Positions 53,201 through 64,000 of a DNA stretch of 64,000 nt are shown here, in pieces. Both the position numbers and the translations under genes were made by a program. Source of the DNA: Tubiluchus corallicola. Its lineage: Eukaryota > Animalia > Priapulida. The notes under the pieces are model-generated. The model was not told where the DNA came from, made no database searches, and saw only the letters and a program-made list of their open reading frames with translations. How positions within the stretch are numbered: position 1 is the stretch's first letter; each line of letters starts with the position of its first letter. The DNA lies in contig JAQGDQ010000021.1 in NCBI GenBank assembly GCA_030141605.1, positions 558,001 through 622,000 on the forward strand, read 5' to 3'.

Positions 53201-56200
53201 ACACACTGCTGAACGAAGCTCGAGTGCTAACTGAGCCGTTTTGTTAACTAACAGTCTTTTGTGCAAAGACGCTAATGCTACTCAACGAGCTGTTAACTGT
53301 TCCTGCCTGCCTCCTGAATAGATAGATTACAGGCAAACAAATTAACTACATCCTGACTTTCAGGTAAACACATACTCATGCTCATACTGTTCGCATTTAT
53401 GGAGCGCTGGCCACGTGTCAAAAAGTCGAAAATAAATTTGCTTACCGGTCTCATTACGAGCCGCTGACGCCCTTCAAATTTTTGACATTTTCTAAAAAAA
53501 ATTGGGGGGCCCGGGCCCCCCGGGCCCCTATGGCACGACGCCACTGTATACTAATAAATTCATCACAAATACTTATAATGACATACTAATTTAAATTATT
53601 TAACAGAGGCTACAACCAAGGACCTCTATAACTAAATGGACGTGACATATGCTGCGTCACGTGACTATTGTTCTACGATCGCCAGCTAACGAGAGGTGCC
53701 CAGCTTGACAGGTCAAAGTGTTTACCGTTTACGCGGGCACTTGAAACTAAGTGTATGAGTTTGCTGTAGTGTTTGTTGCTATGTAATGTTATTTATGTTA
53801 CTGGTTGAGCACTAGACTTTTTATTGCTATGATAATCGTCATTATTCCTGATCGTTGTTGTACCACGCTGCCGACAAGGATACGCTGGAGAAAAAACGAA
53901 TAGAAGGTGTTCCAGTTGCAAACAAAACTTTGCTACAAAAATGGTGAGTAATATAATTGTCGTACATGTAACATTGTCACTGAGATTTTGGAACTAACAT
54001 TGGAAACTACGAAGTAGTAAAATTAATTTATGCAGAATGTTAATTATCAGCAGTCTGGTTATTTAATTTCTTGTACAAACTGCGTCATTCTAAGTTTGCG
54101 CACTGTGCCGATCGGTAGGTATACTGTACATAATAAAATTGCTACTGTATGCTACGTTTATGCAAATGTATTATCTTACATATTTTTTAATTTTGGTAGG
54201 ATTCCTCGAGAAGGCTGGCAACCAACAAAAGTGTCGAGAATTTGTTCACTCCACTTTGTTGAGGATGATTTTGTAACAAAGTCTGTTGATTCACTAAATA
54301 AATTTTGCAGAATAATGGAAATTGTGGGACCCAGGAATGTGAAACATTAACTGCTGTGACTCAAACTTCACATGCTTTAATTGCATTGTCAAACTATATC
54401 TTCTGCAATATTCCAGACTTTGAGTATTTGTTAACTGGTAACTTGCAGACTGATCCTATAGAGAGACACTCTGGCTGGTATAGGCAGCTAGCTGAAGGAA
54501 ATTATTTTATATCTGTTCGGCAGCTTTTGCAGTCTGAAAAGAGCATTAGGACATCTTCGCTTGTCAAATTTAATGATTTAAAAATACCTGAGATATCAAA
54601 ACAATTCAGTGCTTGTAACACAAGTATCAATGATAACTATGGAATTCTCATACTTTCAGATATCATAAAAGATTTTAAAGTTGATATTGACCTCAATGAA
54701 GATTTTTGTGGAATCATACATTTTGTAATTGGTTATGCTGCTAAAGTTGCAGCAAGTGGCTTGAAATGTAATGACTGCATTAGTTTTATTAAGTCCCAAC
54801 AAATCTGCATGATGAGGTTCTATTTTGACTTAACTACACTTCCTGTTATAGATGCCTTTTTTCTCAGTAGATAGAGGTGGTTTGTGCTGCCCAACAGAAT
54901 TTTCATTTGTTGCCTGTTATTATGTATGGTGCTATATACAATTTCTTCTAAAGCAAGAAAGTTTTAAAACATTTTTGTCAGCTGATTGCTCCCATCTGCA
55001 GGTGCAGTCTACTGTCATTCTTGAAAAGCTGGAGTTGGAACATATGGATGTTAGTAGCAGTGTCTGCAAATGTACACATTTATGCAGAAACCTTTTGCAC
55101 AGATTAATTCTCATTTTTATCAAAACAATTTTTAAAAATATAACAAATTTCAAAATGACATTATTCATTAGTCAAGAAAGCATGTATTATCAGAAAACAA
55201 CAAAACCTTACCATACTGTAAAAAAAATGCAAAAGTTCAATCTGAGAAAATTTAATCAGAATTGTGTTTCTCAAGAATGAAAATAGACAACGCATGTAGA
55301 CAGGAATATTGGGTCTTGAAAATTTAATTTGGATAAATTTTTAACTGGATAGAAATTTGTAATTCTCTCTGTTTATTACATAAAAGATTTCAGTGAGTGC
55401 CAAAGTGATTCTTATGATGTGAAATAACACTTAATGCTGGCATGTACATGCAATTATTTTTCTGTATTTTTGAATATTTCTATCCTGTATTTAAATGTTA
55501 CTCAATTCTGAATGCAGAAATGGGTTTGTGTGCACTAATGCCAAAATTTATCACTTAAACTAGTAAGACAAACTATGTTCTTCATCATTTATCTCATAAT
55601 ATGCGATGGTCTGAGTGCATAGATAAAAAATTTACGTGCCATGTCCACTTTAGTTACAGAGGTCCTTCCTACAACTTACCAGATGTAAGGATATCAAATG
55701 TGGCATCTTCTGAACAATCAGCCATCAAATATAATTCTGCAGACTCTGACTCATAATAAGCAGCACCAAGTTTGCCACTGCTCCAAATAACACTGAGTAT
55801 TACCTAGTATGTGAAAAATTAATATGAACAATACAGAACAAAGTCTACTTAAATAAAATAAATTTATTTAATATATTTCATTTATAAATTTTACATAATT
55901 TCAATTTAAATTTTTCTGCCTTGAAATTTTGTTACTTTATTAGTTCCTGTCAACTAATAACAACTGATCATTTCTTTACCTTAACAAAGAAAGTATTCTT
56001 GTCGGGTGTTCCTCAAAATGTGTAACATTAAAATGTTGTCTGTAATCATTTCTCTATAGCCCATTAATTTTGACTTTATAATTATATAAACCAAGCATCC
56101 CATGCAATGAGTTGTAAATATGTGCAAGTCACTTGTGACATGCTTTTGAGATAAAAATATTTCGAAATAAAAAACAATAATCAATTTTGCAAACTTAATG

Positions 56201-57025
56201 CCGTTTTGTTATCAATATCTAAGTGAATCGGAAAGTCATGAGTGCAATATGCTAACAACTACTTACTTACTTGCTAACAACTATGCTAAATGCTAGCAAA
56301 GATAGAAACTTAACTATTTTTGCATAAATTATAGTTCATACTTGGCCATTTTCCTCATTACTCTGCATTGCCATTTCATTATGGACTTGTACGTCACCAA
56401 TTTCAATAGATTCTTCGGTGCTCAAATAATTCGTGGTTTGTATGGACCCTCTGACAGATGCGCCAGAAAACCTTCCAGTTCCCAACGATTGGCGCGAGCT
56501 TCCAGCTACCGCTGAGAAAAAACGTTCCTTGATGAGGCCACCAAAAAATGTGTTGTTAATTTTTATAATTAAAAATAAGTTGGGTTTTACAACATCAGTG
56601 ATGTCACATGATTTTTTTTTATATTCCTCAACATCAGAATCCAGAATTCAATGACGACACTTGCTTAAATTGATGTTTGTGGCAAGACTGGAGCCTGGCT
56701 CTTTATCAATGATATCTATCATACGATATCCCTTTAAGATCAGGTACTGAACCATCAGAGCTGCCTCAGCCAAATTTGAATGTTTAGAACCCCTTTTTAT
56801 AACATAAACATCAAAGATCAATATGGCAAATAAAACTCCCTATAATGAGTATCGATCCCAATCAGTAATGAACCGTTCACACAAAGTATGCATGCCTAAT
56901 CACTCTTGCCGTAACTTCAAATAGTGAAAATAATTAGTAATATCTAATACATACATATTTCTAAAAAATACCAAAATTTCCTTACCCATTGTGCTCCTAT
57001 CCATGCCAGAACTGCTGTTAGCCAT
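35205..57025 (-). CDS. MSH5: MutS homolog 5 (meiotic crossover factor), 25 exons, ~854 aa
   Basis: Exons: 57025-56986, 56511-56342, 55803-55680, 52440-52348, 52034-51966, 51756-51638, 50579-50470, 50110-49992, 49367-49183, 48875-48813, 48507-48439, 48156-48027, 47615-47506, 46102-46022, 44172-44127, 43509-43468, 43167-43071, 42826-42737, 42272-42146, 41793-41644, 41532-41458, 40671-40534, 39064-38927, 37820-37747, 35310-35205. MSH5-type motifs [45 protein letters not shown]; Walker [15 protein letters not shown]; Walker [12 protein letters not shown]; STHFH. The model needs one GC donor and one non-AG acceptor (see findings). The first two exons are less certain. Confidence 0.95.
36625..36787 (-). 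pseudogene. Displaced partial duplicate of MSH5 exon 15 plus downstream intron
   Basis: 26 nt identical to 44142-44167 (TCTTGTAGTAAGAGATACTATTAGAT), GTAAGT donor retained, and diverged similarity to 43995-44140. Confidence 0.8.
40825..41014. mobile_element. Tc1/pogo (Tigger-like) MITE in MSH5 intron 21
   Basis: TA TSD on both sides; 21-bp imperfect TIRs CAGTAAATCCTCACTCAACGA / TCGTTAAGTGAGGACTTACTG. Confidence 0.85.
43757..43884. repeat. 64-bp tandem duplication (2 copies)
   Basis: GGTAAAAGTTTAAAATTTTTGTGATGTGTCAATCAGA... starts at 43757 and 43821; 2 mismatches. Confidence 0.9.
44480..44766 (+). mobile_element. 5'-truncated LINE 3' end (RTE-like) nested in the piggyBac element
   Basis: Frameshifted [31 protein letters not shown], resembling the C-terminus of non-LTR ORF2, followed by a (GAT)n tail. 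5' boundary approximate. Confidence 0.6.
45301..45780. repeat. Degenerate trinucleotide and low-complexity tracts
   Basis: ATG/GAC/GTG-type triplets at 45301-45370, pyrimidine tract at 45480-45545, GCA/GTA/ACA-type triplets at 45590-45780. Confidence 0.6.
51130..51423. repeat. ~100-bp tandem repeat, 3 copies, MSH5 intron 6
   Basis: Units starting (G/A)AAGGAGTTAATGTCACAA at 51130, 51229 and 51331. Confidence 0.95.
52576..53546 (-). mobile_element. Internally deleted hAT-superfamily element (Tip100/Ac-like)
   Basis: 8-bp TSD TATACTAA at 52568-52575 and 53547-53554; 14-bp TIR CAG(G/T)GGCGTCGTGC; internal 24-bp direct repeat GACTCTCTGGTACTAGGCTAGCTC; residual ORF 52928-52752 ([12 protein letters not shown]...DEYIRRGP). 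Confidence 0.9.
53617..55668 (+). mobile_element. Internally deleted P-element/THAP-transposase element in MSH5 intron 3
   Basis: 7-bp TSD CTACAAC at 53610-53616 and 55669-55675; ~30-bp imperfect TIRs (C/G)AAGGACCTCT(A/G)TAACTAAA(G)TGGAC; THAP motif [25 protein letters not shown]; P-transposase C-terminal motif [27 protein letters not shown]; frameshifted. Confidence 0.9.
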
Positions 57026-57649
57026 TGCATTCAAGACACAGACTTACAATAGTAATAATTAAACCTAAATTAAACATTTACCGTAATTTATTACTAGCCC
57101 ACAAGCTCCAATAACAACCGTTTAAAAAGTTTAACAAGTACAATCAATATAAATAGTCATTTTTTACAACTGGTAGCTTGTCTAACCTTTGACACATAAT
57201 CAAGGAGAGTTCTATCCAGTACAGTATCATCTCTGCTATTTAGTGTTTTTTATCAGATTGGTGCACTGGGTTATACATTTATTTTAGACCTTGCTCTGAC
57301 TGGTGGCTATGCTTAAGACCTTTAGCCTAAAGTAATACTTCACTTTAATAGTCTCTTGCAGCCCTTCCATCCACTAGTACTAAACAACTCTTTAGCTACA
57401 CTTCCCCTCCCACTATTGCTATGTTATCAGTTTCAACCACTTCAGTTAAAGGCCTGAAAAGAGACAGACAGCAACCTTTCAAGAAAATTGATTGTTGGGA
57501 GGACCTCTCTAGGACATCTAGATCCTGCCAAAATCTGTCAACCCATTATTTATAAGAATAATTAGCTTACATATGTCCAACTCTTTAAAGCCTTGGTGCA
57601 TTTCACTTCACTTATTTCTCTTCCACCTTACCTATGCTTCATACCTTCA

Positions 57650-57975
57650 TGGACTTTGTAAGTAACAAGTATGTGAAAAAATAAGACACGGCCGAGACAA
57701 TCCATTTAGTCCAATGACGATTTGTATGATGTGATGAAGAACTCTTGGAATAAACAAATCCAAGACTGCACTGGATTAGGCATACACTAAGACTGTGCCA
57801 GAAATCTCCTCTCCCTATTGCATTACGTAAAGCTACTGAGCTGTTAAAAAAGCTGAGAGGGATCAGCTACTGACACAATTATATAGACATACTGCAAAAA
57901 GATTTAGCAAATACAACTCTAGACTTAAGGGTTGGTGCGTCGATCAGGGCAGTAGCAAGCGACAGGAGTGCCTGG
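57650..57975 (+). mobile_element. Degenerate LINE 3' fragment between MSH5 and Jun
   Basis: Translates LHWIRHTLRLCQKSPLPIALRKATELLKKLRG, similar to the fragment near 44510. Boundaries approximate. Confidence 0.45.
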
Positions 57976-58457
57976 CTGGTGTGCCATGTTTTTTGAACGT
58001 ATAAGTACTCAAACAACAATGATGACGGTTGTCTCTCACATAACTTTGTTTCCTTTCCAAAAGGCCATTATATGGCCTATTGCCACAAAAATTCTCTTTT
58101 TAAAGGTATTCGTTGAGAGCAAACTTAAGGTTTTTTTCTTAAAACCTTTTTAACGGCCCTTGCACTTCAATCTCCGCTGTATACAACAAAATTACACTAC
58201 TACTGCACTAGGAAGTAGGAACACATGCACTACAGTGCATTAAAGTATAGCCGGTATAAACCGGTAATTGCTGCATATGCTACTGCAAGTAATAATGATA
58301 ATCACAGCTATGTAACAGAAACAGATTAACGAAAAGAAAACACTGGTATTATTAAAAGTGTTGAGAAATGTTAACCCATTTACAAGAACATAGCATTAGA
58401 CATAGTCGTTGAGAAAAAAGCAGACAACGAAAAACACAAGTTTACAACGCTGTCGAT

Positions 58458-58585
58458 CACGTGCCCCAATCACATGATAAAGCGCCGTCTGTGGCAAACA
58501 TAGAAAACTGCGGCACGTGACCACCATGGAAAGAGATGATTGGTTAAAAATGACATCATCATGAATGACTCATCGGGATGAGTCA
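58458..58585. promoter_or_regulatory. Jun proximal promoter: E-boxes, CCAAT boxes, jun1/ATF site and paired AP-1 sites
   Basis: CACGTG at 58458 and 58514; CCAAT at 58466 and ATTGG at 58539; TGACATCA at 58551-58558; TGACTCA at 58566-58572; TGAGTCA at 58579-58585. These lie 120-250 bp upstream of the ATG. Confidence 0.75.
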
Positions 58586-58704
58586 CTTTGTTGTAGTGTG
58601 TTTAATGTGATTTTCTTGTAAATTTATTTATATTTATTTCTTTTAAGCTTTTTTAAGTAAATTCTGCAAACGTGGCGGGGAATACTGCAGCCACTGCCAA
58701 AAAG

Positions 58705-59667
58705 ATGGAGCAGACGTTTTACGACGATGAAGCAGGATCCAGAAATGGGTCAGTGCGCGAAAAACGTCCGCAGTTTTCGCAGTTCGGATTTGGCCTTCAG
58801 CAACAGGATAATCCTATTAACAGGCCTGCATTCGCAGATAGTCAAAATTGCAACCACATTCGCGAGCTGAAGAAAAAACTAACACTTGACTTTGGTGCAG
58901 CCCCGGTGAACAAAAAGCCAAAAGTAAATCCTGTGTTAACTTCTCCTGACTTAAATTTGTTAAAATTGGCATCTCCTGAGTTAGAAAGAATGATCATCGC
59001 ACACCACGGCATGATCACAACAACACCTACACCAGGTCAAGCACAAATAAGTTTTCCAAAAACCCTTTCTGAGGAACAGGAATTATATGCTAGAGGATTT
59101 GCAGATGCTTTGAGTACATTAGAATATCCTCAACATAAAAATGAAGAAGATAATATAACGAGCCACAATGGTAGCGATAAACCTTATTCTCCAACTTACT
59201 TGGACCTTACTTCTCAGACTCATTTAACAAAAAATGTAACAAATGGAAAGGAATCTCAGTGCAATGGCAGCCAAGGAAATCTACTCTCAAATTCCGGTTT
59301 TGCTCCAACAATGTCACGAATACCAGTTGCGTTGACAGCAGCGAGCCATGTTAAGGAAGAGCCACAGATAGTGCCATGTTTAGATAGCTCCCCTCCAGTA
59401 TCTCCAGTTGACATGGAAGAACAAGAAAAGATCAAGCTGGAGCGAAAACGTTTGAGAAACCGAGTGGCAGCAAGCAAATGTCGGCGACGGAAGTTGGAAC
59501 GCATTGCTAGGCTTGAAGAAAAAGTCTCAGTGTTTAAGAGTCAGAACAATAGTTTACTGCAAACAGCAAATCAACTACAGGATCAGGTATCCCGACTGAA
59601 ACAGACGATAACTGAACACCGCAATGCAGGCTGCCAGATTACAGTAAATCCTGGTCTTGGTATTTGA
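58705..59667 (+). CDS. JUN: Jun-family bZIP transcription factor (AP-1), intronless, 320 aa
   Basis: MEQTFYDD N-terminus; JNK-docking delta motif LKKKLTLDF; [21 protein letters not shown] (equivalents of S63/S73); TTTPTP; [13 protein letters not shown]; VKEEPQIVP; [46 protein letters not shown] basic region and leucine zipper. Confidence 0.98.
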   Translation: MEQTFYDDEAGSRNGSVREKRPQFSQFGFGLQQQDNPINRPAFADSQNCNHIRELKKKLTLDFGAAPVNKKPKVNPVLTSPDLNLLKLASPELERMIIAHHGMITTTPTPGQAQISFPKTLSEEQELYARGFADALSTLEYPQHKNEEDNITSHNGSDKPYSPTYLDLTSQTHLTKNVTNGKESQCNGSQGNLLSNSGFAPTMSRIPVALTAASHVKEEPQIVPCLDSSPPVSPVDMEEQEKIKLERKRLRNRVAASKCRRRKLERIARLEEKVSVFKSQNNSLLQTANQLQDQVSRLKQTITEHRNAGCQITVNPGLGI

Positions 59668-62600
59668 TACACGACCATTTAAACAGAACCAAATGAAAAA
59701 GCAACATCCATAATTGTCATTACAATTTATTACAATTTTTTGATGTACTTAAGGTCTCAGAATCATATGAAATTTGGTGAAAATTATTGATGATGCTTTG
59801 TTGTTTGATGTTTGAAATTCTTTTTTACAACAGAACCTGTACAGGATTGTTCACATTGTGCTTTCTTTGTGTACAAATAAGGTATATATTGTTTTGTGAA
59901 AAATAATAATTATCGTGAGTGTTTAAATGTCAAGTAGATTAGGTCGTCTAGTCATGTGAATTAACTAGATAGCTTCTTTAGCAGGTAGCTGTGCAGTAAA
60001 TATTTGTCCTTCGTTACTCTCATAATTCTTCCTAAATTTATGGAGACAGCTGTAAAGGGTGCTGAGTGTTCGTGAGATATAATTATGCTTGTTTCTTATG
60101 TCATTGTCCACATAATGTGATATATTTACTTATGCATGTTGTGTGCTTTATGTACATGCATTCATTAGCAATGCATTAAGTAAAGAATGTATTTCATGTA
60201 ACACTACACCATATTTTGTTTGATAATTTTAAAATTAAGAAATCTATTTTCTGTAGCATCATTTCAAACAGTAAATAACTGAAAGTGTTACTTTCATTTC
60301 TATTCAAAGCCATACAATGTTTATAGAAGTTAAATCTGCAGTGCAATGCTCATTCCTTGCTATATGCAAATGCTGCTTACTAAAACATTTTTGGTGGTAT
60401 TATATGGTAATTGCTTGCTGACCAGTAGCACTGCTTTTGTCCAGAGTTGTAGTCTGGTAATCAAACTAACACAGTGCACCTCAGGTATCACTTCTAAAGG
60501 TAAACACTTCTTAATACTTGTGAAGTTTTTCTTTATTTTTATGGCATGTGAAGTCTTCAAACATTGGTACAAATGAGTAAAACTCTGTCAAAGTAACGCG
60601 CATGCATGGTGCACTTATTGAAGCTGCATTTTCACACCATTTGAGTTTTGTAAAACTAAATGGATCATATGCATTTTTTACTGATTTGTATCATAGTTGT
60701 TCAAATGATTGTATTTTTGTCACAATGATGTTATTTTAAGAAACTTTACTGTTTTTGATAATGCAAAGTTCTTCCAAGGCTGTGGTGGTCTTCCCGAAAA
60801 TTTTATTATTGTATTTTTATACCACAATTTCTATTTTGAAAAAATGCTTTCTGAAGATAATTTTATATATTCTAATAATTTACAAATCCATAGTTTGTAA
60901 TGCATGTTGGTAGAGAGCTGCTCTTTAAGTGTAGGTGTGATAATGGCCTTAACTCATAGCTCAATCTGACAACTACATGGGCATTGGTGATACTATTCTA
61001 TGCACTTATTTTCTATTTATGTACATGAATTTTGAATTGTACTCATTTGTACTTTTATACGTACTGTTATATGTTATAAAGTAAATGTTTTGTACTTGCG
61101 TATATCTTTTATGTACATGTATACTGATGTTTGATAATAATCATACAGTCACATAGTAGATCATTTATTTTAAAAAGATAATTATTATGTTTAGGGAGTT
61201 GGAAAGAAAATATTATTTTGTGTGCTTGTGCGCATTTCCAGGAGTTCTTGTTATTAAAAAACATTACTTTGAATACTTGAAAAATAATGCGAATCATGAA
61301 AGTGTTGTAATAATTTGACAGGTGACAAACTTTAAAATACAGCAGTATAATATTATTGCATTGTAAGTTTAAACTAGTGTGCGCAGATGTGTTACTGAAT
61401 AATTTGTGCAATATGATAGCATACATTACTATTTTTAGATTTACAACTATCACTTATTTTGCATTTTTCAGTCTAGTATGTCAGCTTATGCTGTATTTAT
61501 AGTGCTTATATCTATAGCTTATGCTTATGCTATAGATTTGTATCATAAATATTTATGTTTATTATCACAATCATTTTGATAACCAAGAATCTTTGCTAGT
61601 CACAATACACTGTAATAATTTATTTGTTGTTTTATTTCTTAGTTGTTGTTGTTCGTAAACATGTATAAGGTGATAACTGTTATACATAGTTCTAGGTTAC
61701 TTTTTGCAAAAAACTGGCACACCATAAAGCCATAAATATTTTACAAATTGTTTCATAATCATGAGTGAAATGTTATTGCCTCACTTCTTTTATTGCATAG
61801 TACTATAGTTGTGAAAACACAGCATAAAATGTAGATTGATTTTAACTTAATTATCATGAAAAATATTGATTCATTAGTTCTTTGTAAAGCAAGTTAGTGG
61901 TGGTTATTTTAAACTTGAATACAGTATGCTTGGTAGACCAGCCTTATTATAGTTTCCCTAACTGGCTTACTCCAAACTTTATGAAAGATAAATGTTTTAA
62001 CAAGCAAAAAAACAACTCAGTGATCCAGTCTGATCACCCACCACAGCTGCATTGATCAAACTATAGGCCATGCTTTGACCTAATACAATGTTTAAACTGA
62101 AAGGTAGTTTTCAATCAGTCATTACTGTTGCGTTGTGGCTTATCCCTAAACTAACACTGTTTCGCAAGAACAAACTTGTCGTTATTACCTTAGACTTCAA
62201 GACGCCGTTTATCATGCCTTTTATTTAGACTTGGACTTAACTATTTTAATTGTAAAGGAATGAACAAAAAACGTAACATAAAGGCATATTGGGATGGCAT
62301 AATTATAGGTGTTCACAGCATCAGTGTCATCATTGTGTTGGGAGAGGATATGCTTATGCTTCCTCATTCTTGTCAATGGAGTACACCATATTACAACTGA
62401 CAGAAGCTAATGTAGCTAACTAACTACTGATGTTCACTCTCTGTAGACTGTAGTGGCGAATGGCTATAATCAAAATTCTAACGTACTGCACATACAGATT
62501 TGCTGCCGCCTTAAATTTTGTTTTAAATTCCCAACAAAAGGTGGCAGCAACTACATAACAGCTTGATTGTTTATCAACATGCCATCTCCGTGCTTCGTGT

Positions 62601-63185
62601 TTGTGCTTTTTTGATGTTCTTGTTTGGTACGCCTGCAGCGTTTTAAAAACTATGACTGGAAAAGTGATAAAATGTACTGCCGCTATAACTGTCTATGCTG
62701 TAAGTTAATTGATTTATTATAAGAAACGCATTATTCAGCACTTATGTTGTGGCTGACTACTTTTAGCTACACTACTTACAGTGTTACTCTGTCATAATTA
62801 GGGATTAAGTGAGCACACTCATAGAAATTTCATATTTTTTCATGGAGTAATTGTCAGTTAAATTTAAGCTTTACTAGAATTGGTGCGGCAATCACCATGG
62901 CACGCAACATATTAGTACAAAATAACTACTGATAAAGTAAAATTTAAATATGTTAATTATTATAATCTCTTGCTTGCTGTTGGGTGGTGAATGAACGTTT
63001 TTATTCGGTGAGTTTATTCCATGCGGTAACTTAGCAACTAAAAATAAATTATAATATTGTATTATTTACATTTTATTTTAATCATTGTAAGTTGTATAAC
63101 TTTATTATTTACATGCTTGTTTTCTTTTAATTTTGTATTTTGTATTTTCATCATATCTGTATATTATTTTGTCATGGTAAATGGA

Positions 63186-63216
63186 ATATATATATATATA
63201 GATAGATAGATAGATA
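63186..63216. repeat. (AT)n(AGAT)n microsatellite
   Basis: ATATATATATATATAGATAGATAGATAGATA read directly. Confidence 0.8.
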
Positions 63217-64000
63217 GGAATATATATTACTTCAAGATAGGCATGATTGCACTACCACTTTTATGCTGTACTTAACTTTCAATATTACCTTTTATTTTCA
63301 AAGTCGTCGGGACGTAGTGTCGATCTCGGGTGCTTTCCCTTCACAAACATGATTGAAAACTGTTGATAGATGGTGTGTTTTATACGAAATGAATGTGAAA
63401 CGTATAAAGCCCAGGTGTCGTCTCCCCCGTGGCAGGGATACAGGGGCAAATTATGCCCCAGAAATTTTCGCATTTTTGGGTATCATAGTCAAATAATCAG
63501 GAAACTACTACAAAAAATAAATAAAAAAAATTAAGTTATTTTTGAGTTATGCCGTTATTGCAATTATGCATTTATAAGTAAGTTGTTTTGTACACACAAA
63601 AAAAGCCCAGTAGCATCCAAAAGTGCTTAATTTTCATTAATTATAATATACTTTAGCATAATAATGATAACGATAATTTATTTGTAGAGTGCAGAAATTG
63701 ACCAGCTGTGCTATAATACAGGTTTACAACTACAAATGACTGCAATAAAAATATAAGCATACAATAAAAATTCATCAGGCACACTGTTGAAACGTTATGG
63801 TGAAAAGATAGGTTTTGAGATTAATTTTAAAACAGCTAAAATCAAGTAACTAAATGCAAGCTAATGGGAAATTTAATCCATGCTTGTGTGCACACTCACC
63901 ATACCAAATGATGATTCTTCAACAGCTAGTGTAAACTGTGTAAATAATGTACATTGTTAGGCTTGTGAATGCTATTGTGTTATTAAGAGTAGTACTACTA

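Noticed and set aside
54030-55280. ORFs as a domesticated THAP9-like host gene
   Set aside because: Frameshifted, centrally deleted and bounded by TIRs and a TSD, so a transposon relic.
56610-56760. KGYRMIDI...CRH on the - strand, like a Mutator-type transposase N-terminus
   Set aside because: Too short and no termini visible.
59700-64000. Short ORFs downstream of Jun
   Set aside because: AT-rich, no recognisable motifs or consistent splice signals; best read as 3' UTR and intergenic DNA.

Overview
AT-rich, intron-containing genomic DNA from an animal, most likely an invertebrate bilaterian. By splicing exons by hand (GT-AG boundaries, reading-frame phase checked) I rebuilt four protein-coding genes: SCHIP1 (+, 5 exons, ~353 aa), NXF1/TAP mRNA export factor (-, 17 exons, 658 aa), meiotic MutS homolog MSH5 (-, 25 exons, ~854 aa) and an intronless Jun/AP-1 factor (+, 320 aa). 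SCHIP1 and NXF1 converge through long inferred 3' UTRs; MSH5 and Jun are head-to-head. MSH5 introns carry DNA-transposon derivatives with readable TIRs and TSDs (P/THAP, hAT, piggyBac with a nested LINE fragment, Tc1/pogo MITE). Most interesting signals: (1) NXF1 keeps the 110-nt exon / cassette intron / 37-nt exon block and has candidate cryptic or poison exons and RNA stems suggesting autoregulation; (2) MSH5 has a TG instead of AG acceptor, a GC donor, and a displaced copy of one of its own exons; (3) the Jun promoter has a jun1-type TGACATCA site plus a palindromic pair of AP-1 sites in a probable bidirectional promoter shared with MSH5. I found no rRNA, tRNA or CRISPR features. Homology calls come from motif recognition, not database searches.
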